This document shows positions 63,692 through 64,000 of a stretch of DNA of 64,000 nt, piece by piece. The DNA lies in the NCBI GenBank assembly GCA_002633005.1, contig NMRA01000007.1, forward strand, positions 2,129,977 through 2,193,976. Direction: 5' to 3'. The stretch comes from Phoronis australis (taxonomy: Eukaryota > Animalia > Phoronida). The notes below the pieces were generated by a model that was given only the letters and a program-made list of their open reading frames with translations, was not told the DNA's origin and made no database searches. Numbering within the stretch: position 1 is the first letter of the stretch; each line of letters begins with the position of its first letter. The position numbers were made by a program, and so were the translations under genes.

Positions 63692-64000
63692 AAAATGTTT
63701 ATTTTAAATTGGTAAGGGAATATAGGCCTACAACAAAACATTTATTTAGCACAGGTGCAACCTTAAACAGAGGTGTACTTGTACTTTGAAAATATCGACT
63801 TCAGCGCACTCAACCGCAACTTCCCACACGCAGTCACGGGTATTTAAGCTTTTCCGTCCATGTATAGATGGCGCAGTAGTCAAGTACTCCCTCATTTGCA
63901 TATCAAATTTGCATGTGGGTGTTCTGAGACTCTCGTCAGTTGTTGGTTGAGCCCTTGAGTGAATAAAGCGGTGACCTCCCGCTGAGAGCACGCGCTGATG

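Overview
Eukaryotic, intron-rich, AT-rich animal DNA; the gene content and repeat types suggest an invertebrate bilaterian, but the species cannot be named from sequence alone. Three spliced genes were reconstructed by hand with GT-AG junctions and consistent phases. (1) The first two coding exons of a probable CEBPZ/Noc1 (Mak21) gene on the minus strand (7905-8006, 551-693), continuing off the left edge. (2) A complete six-exon, 370-aa gene on the plus strand (18134-29224) encoding signal peptide + LRRNT + LRRs + LRRCT + a GPI-type hydrophobic tail. (3) About 1,020 C-terminal codons of the pseudokinase ULK4 on the minus strand (23 distinct exons, 34417-59508); most of its kinase domain lies beyond the right edge. 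One ULK4 exon occurs twice, in a ~2.3 kb duplication joined at a single 'n', most likely uncollapsed haplotypes. A candidate 95-aa two-TM gene is nested antisense in CEBPZ intron 1. The rest is dense with MITEs (P-like, 5-bp-TSD hAT-like, Tc1/pogo-like, Kolobok-like with a THAP remnant), Helentron-associated (DINE-1-like) elements, two LINE relics and minisatellites. One minisatellite is a tandem array of the CEBPZ exon-2 splice donor. I found no CRISPR array, tRNA/rRNA gene or prokaryotic system, and no strongly supported new multi-gene system. Gene identities come from my recall of the human proteins, not from a database search.
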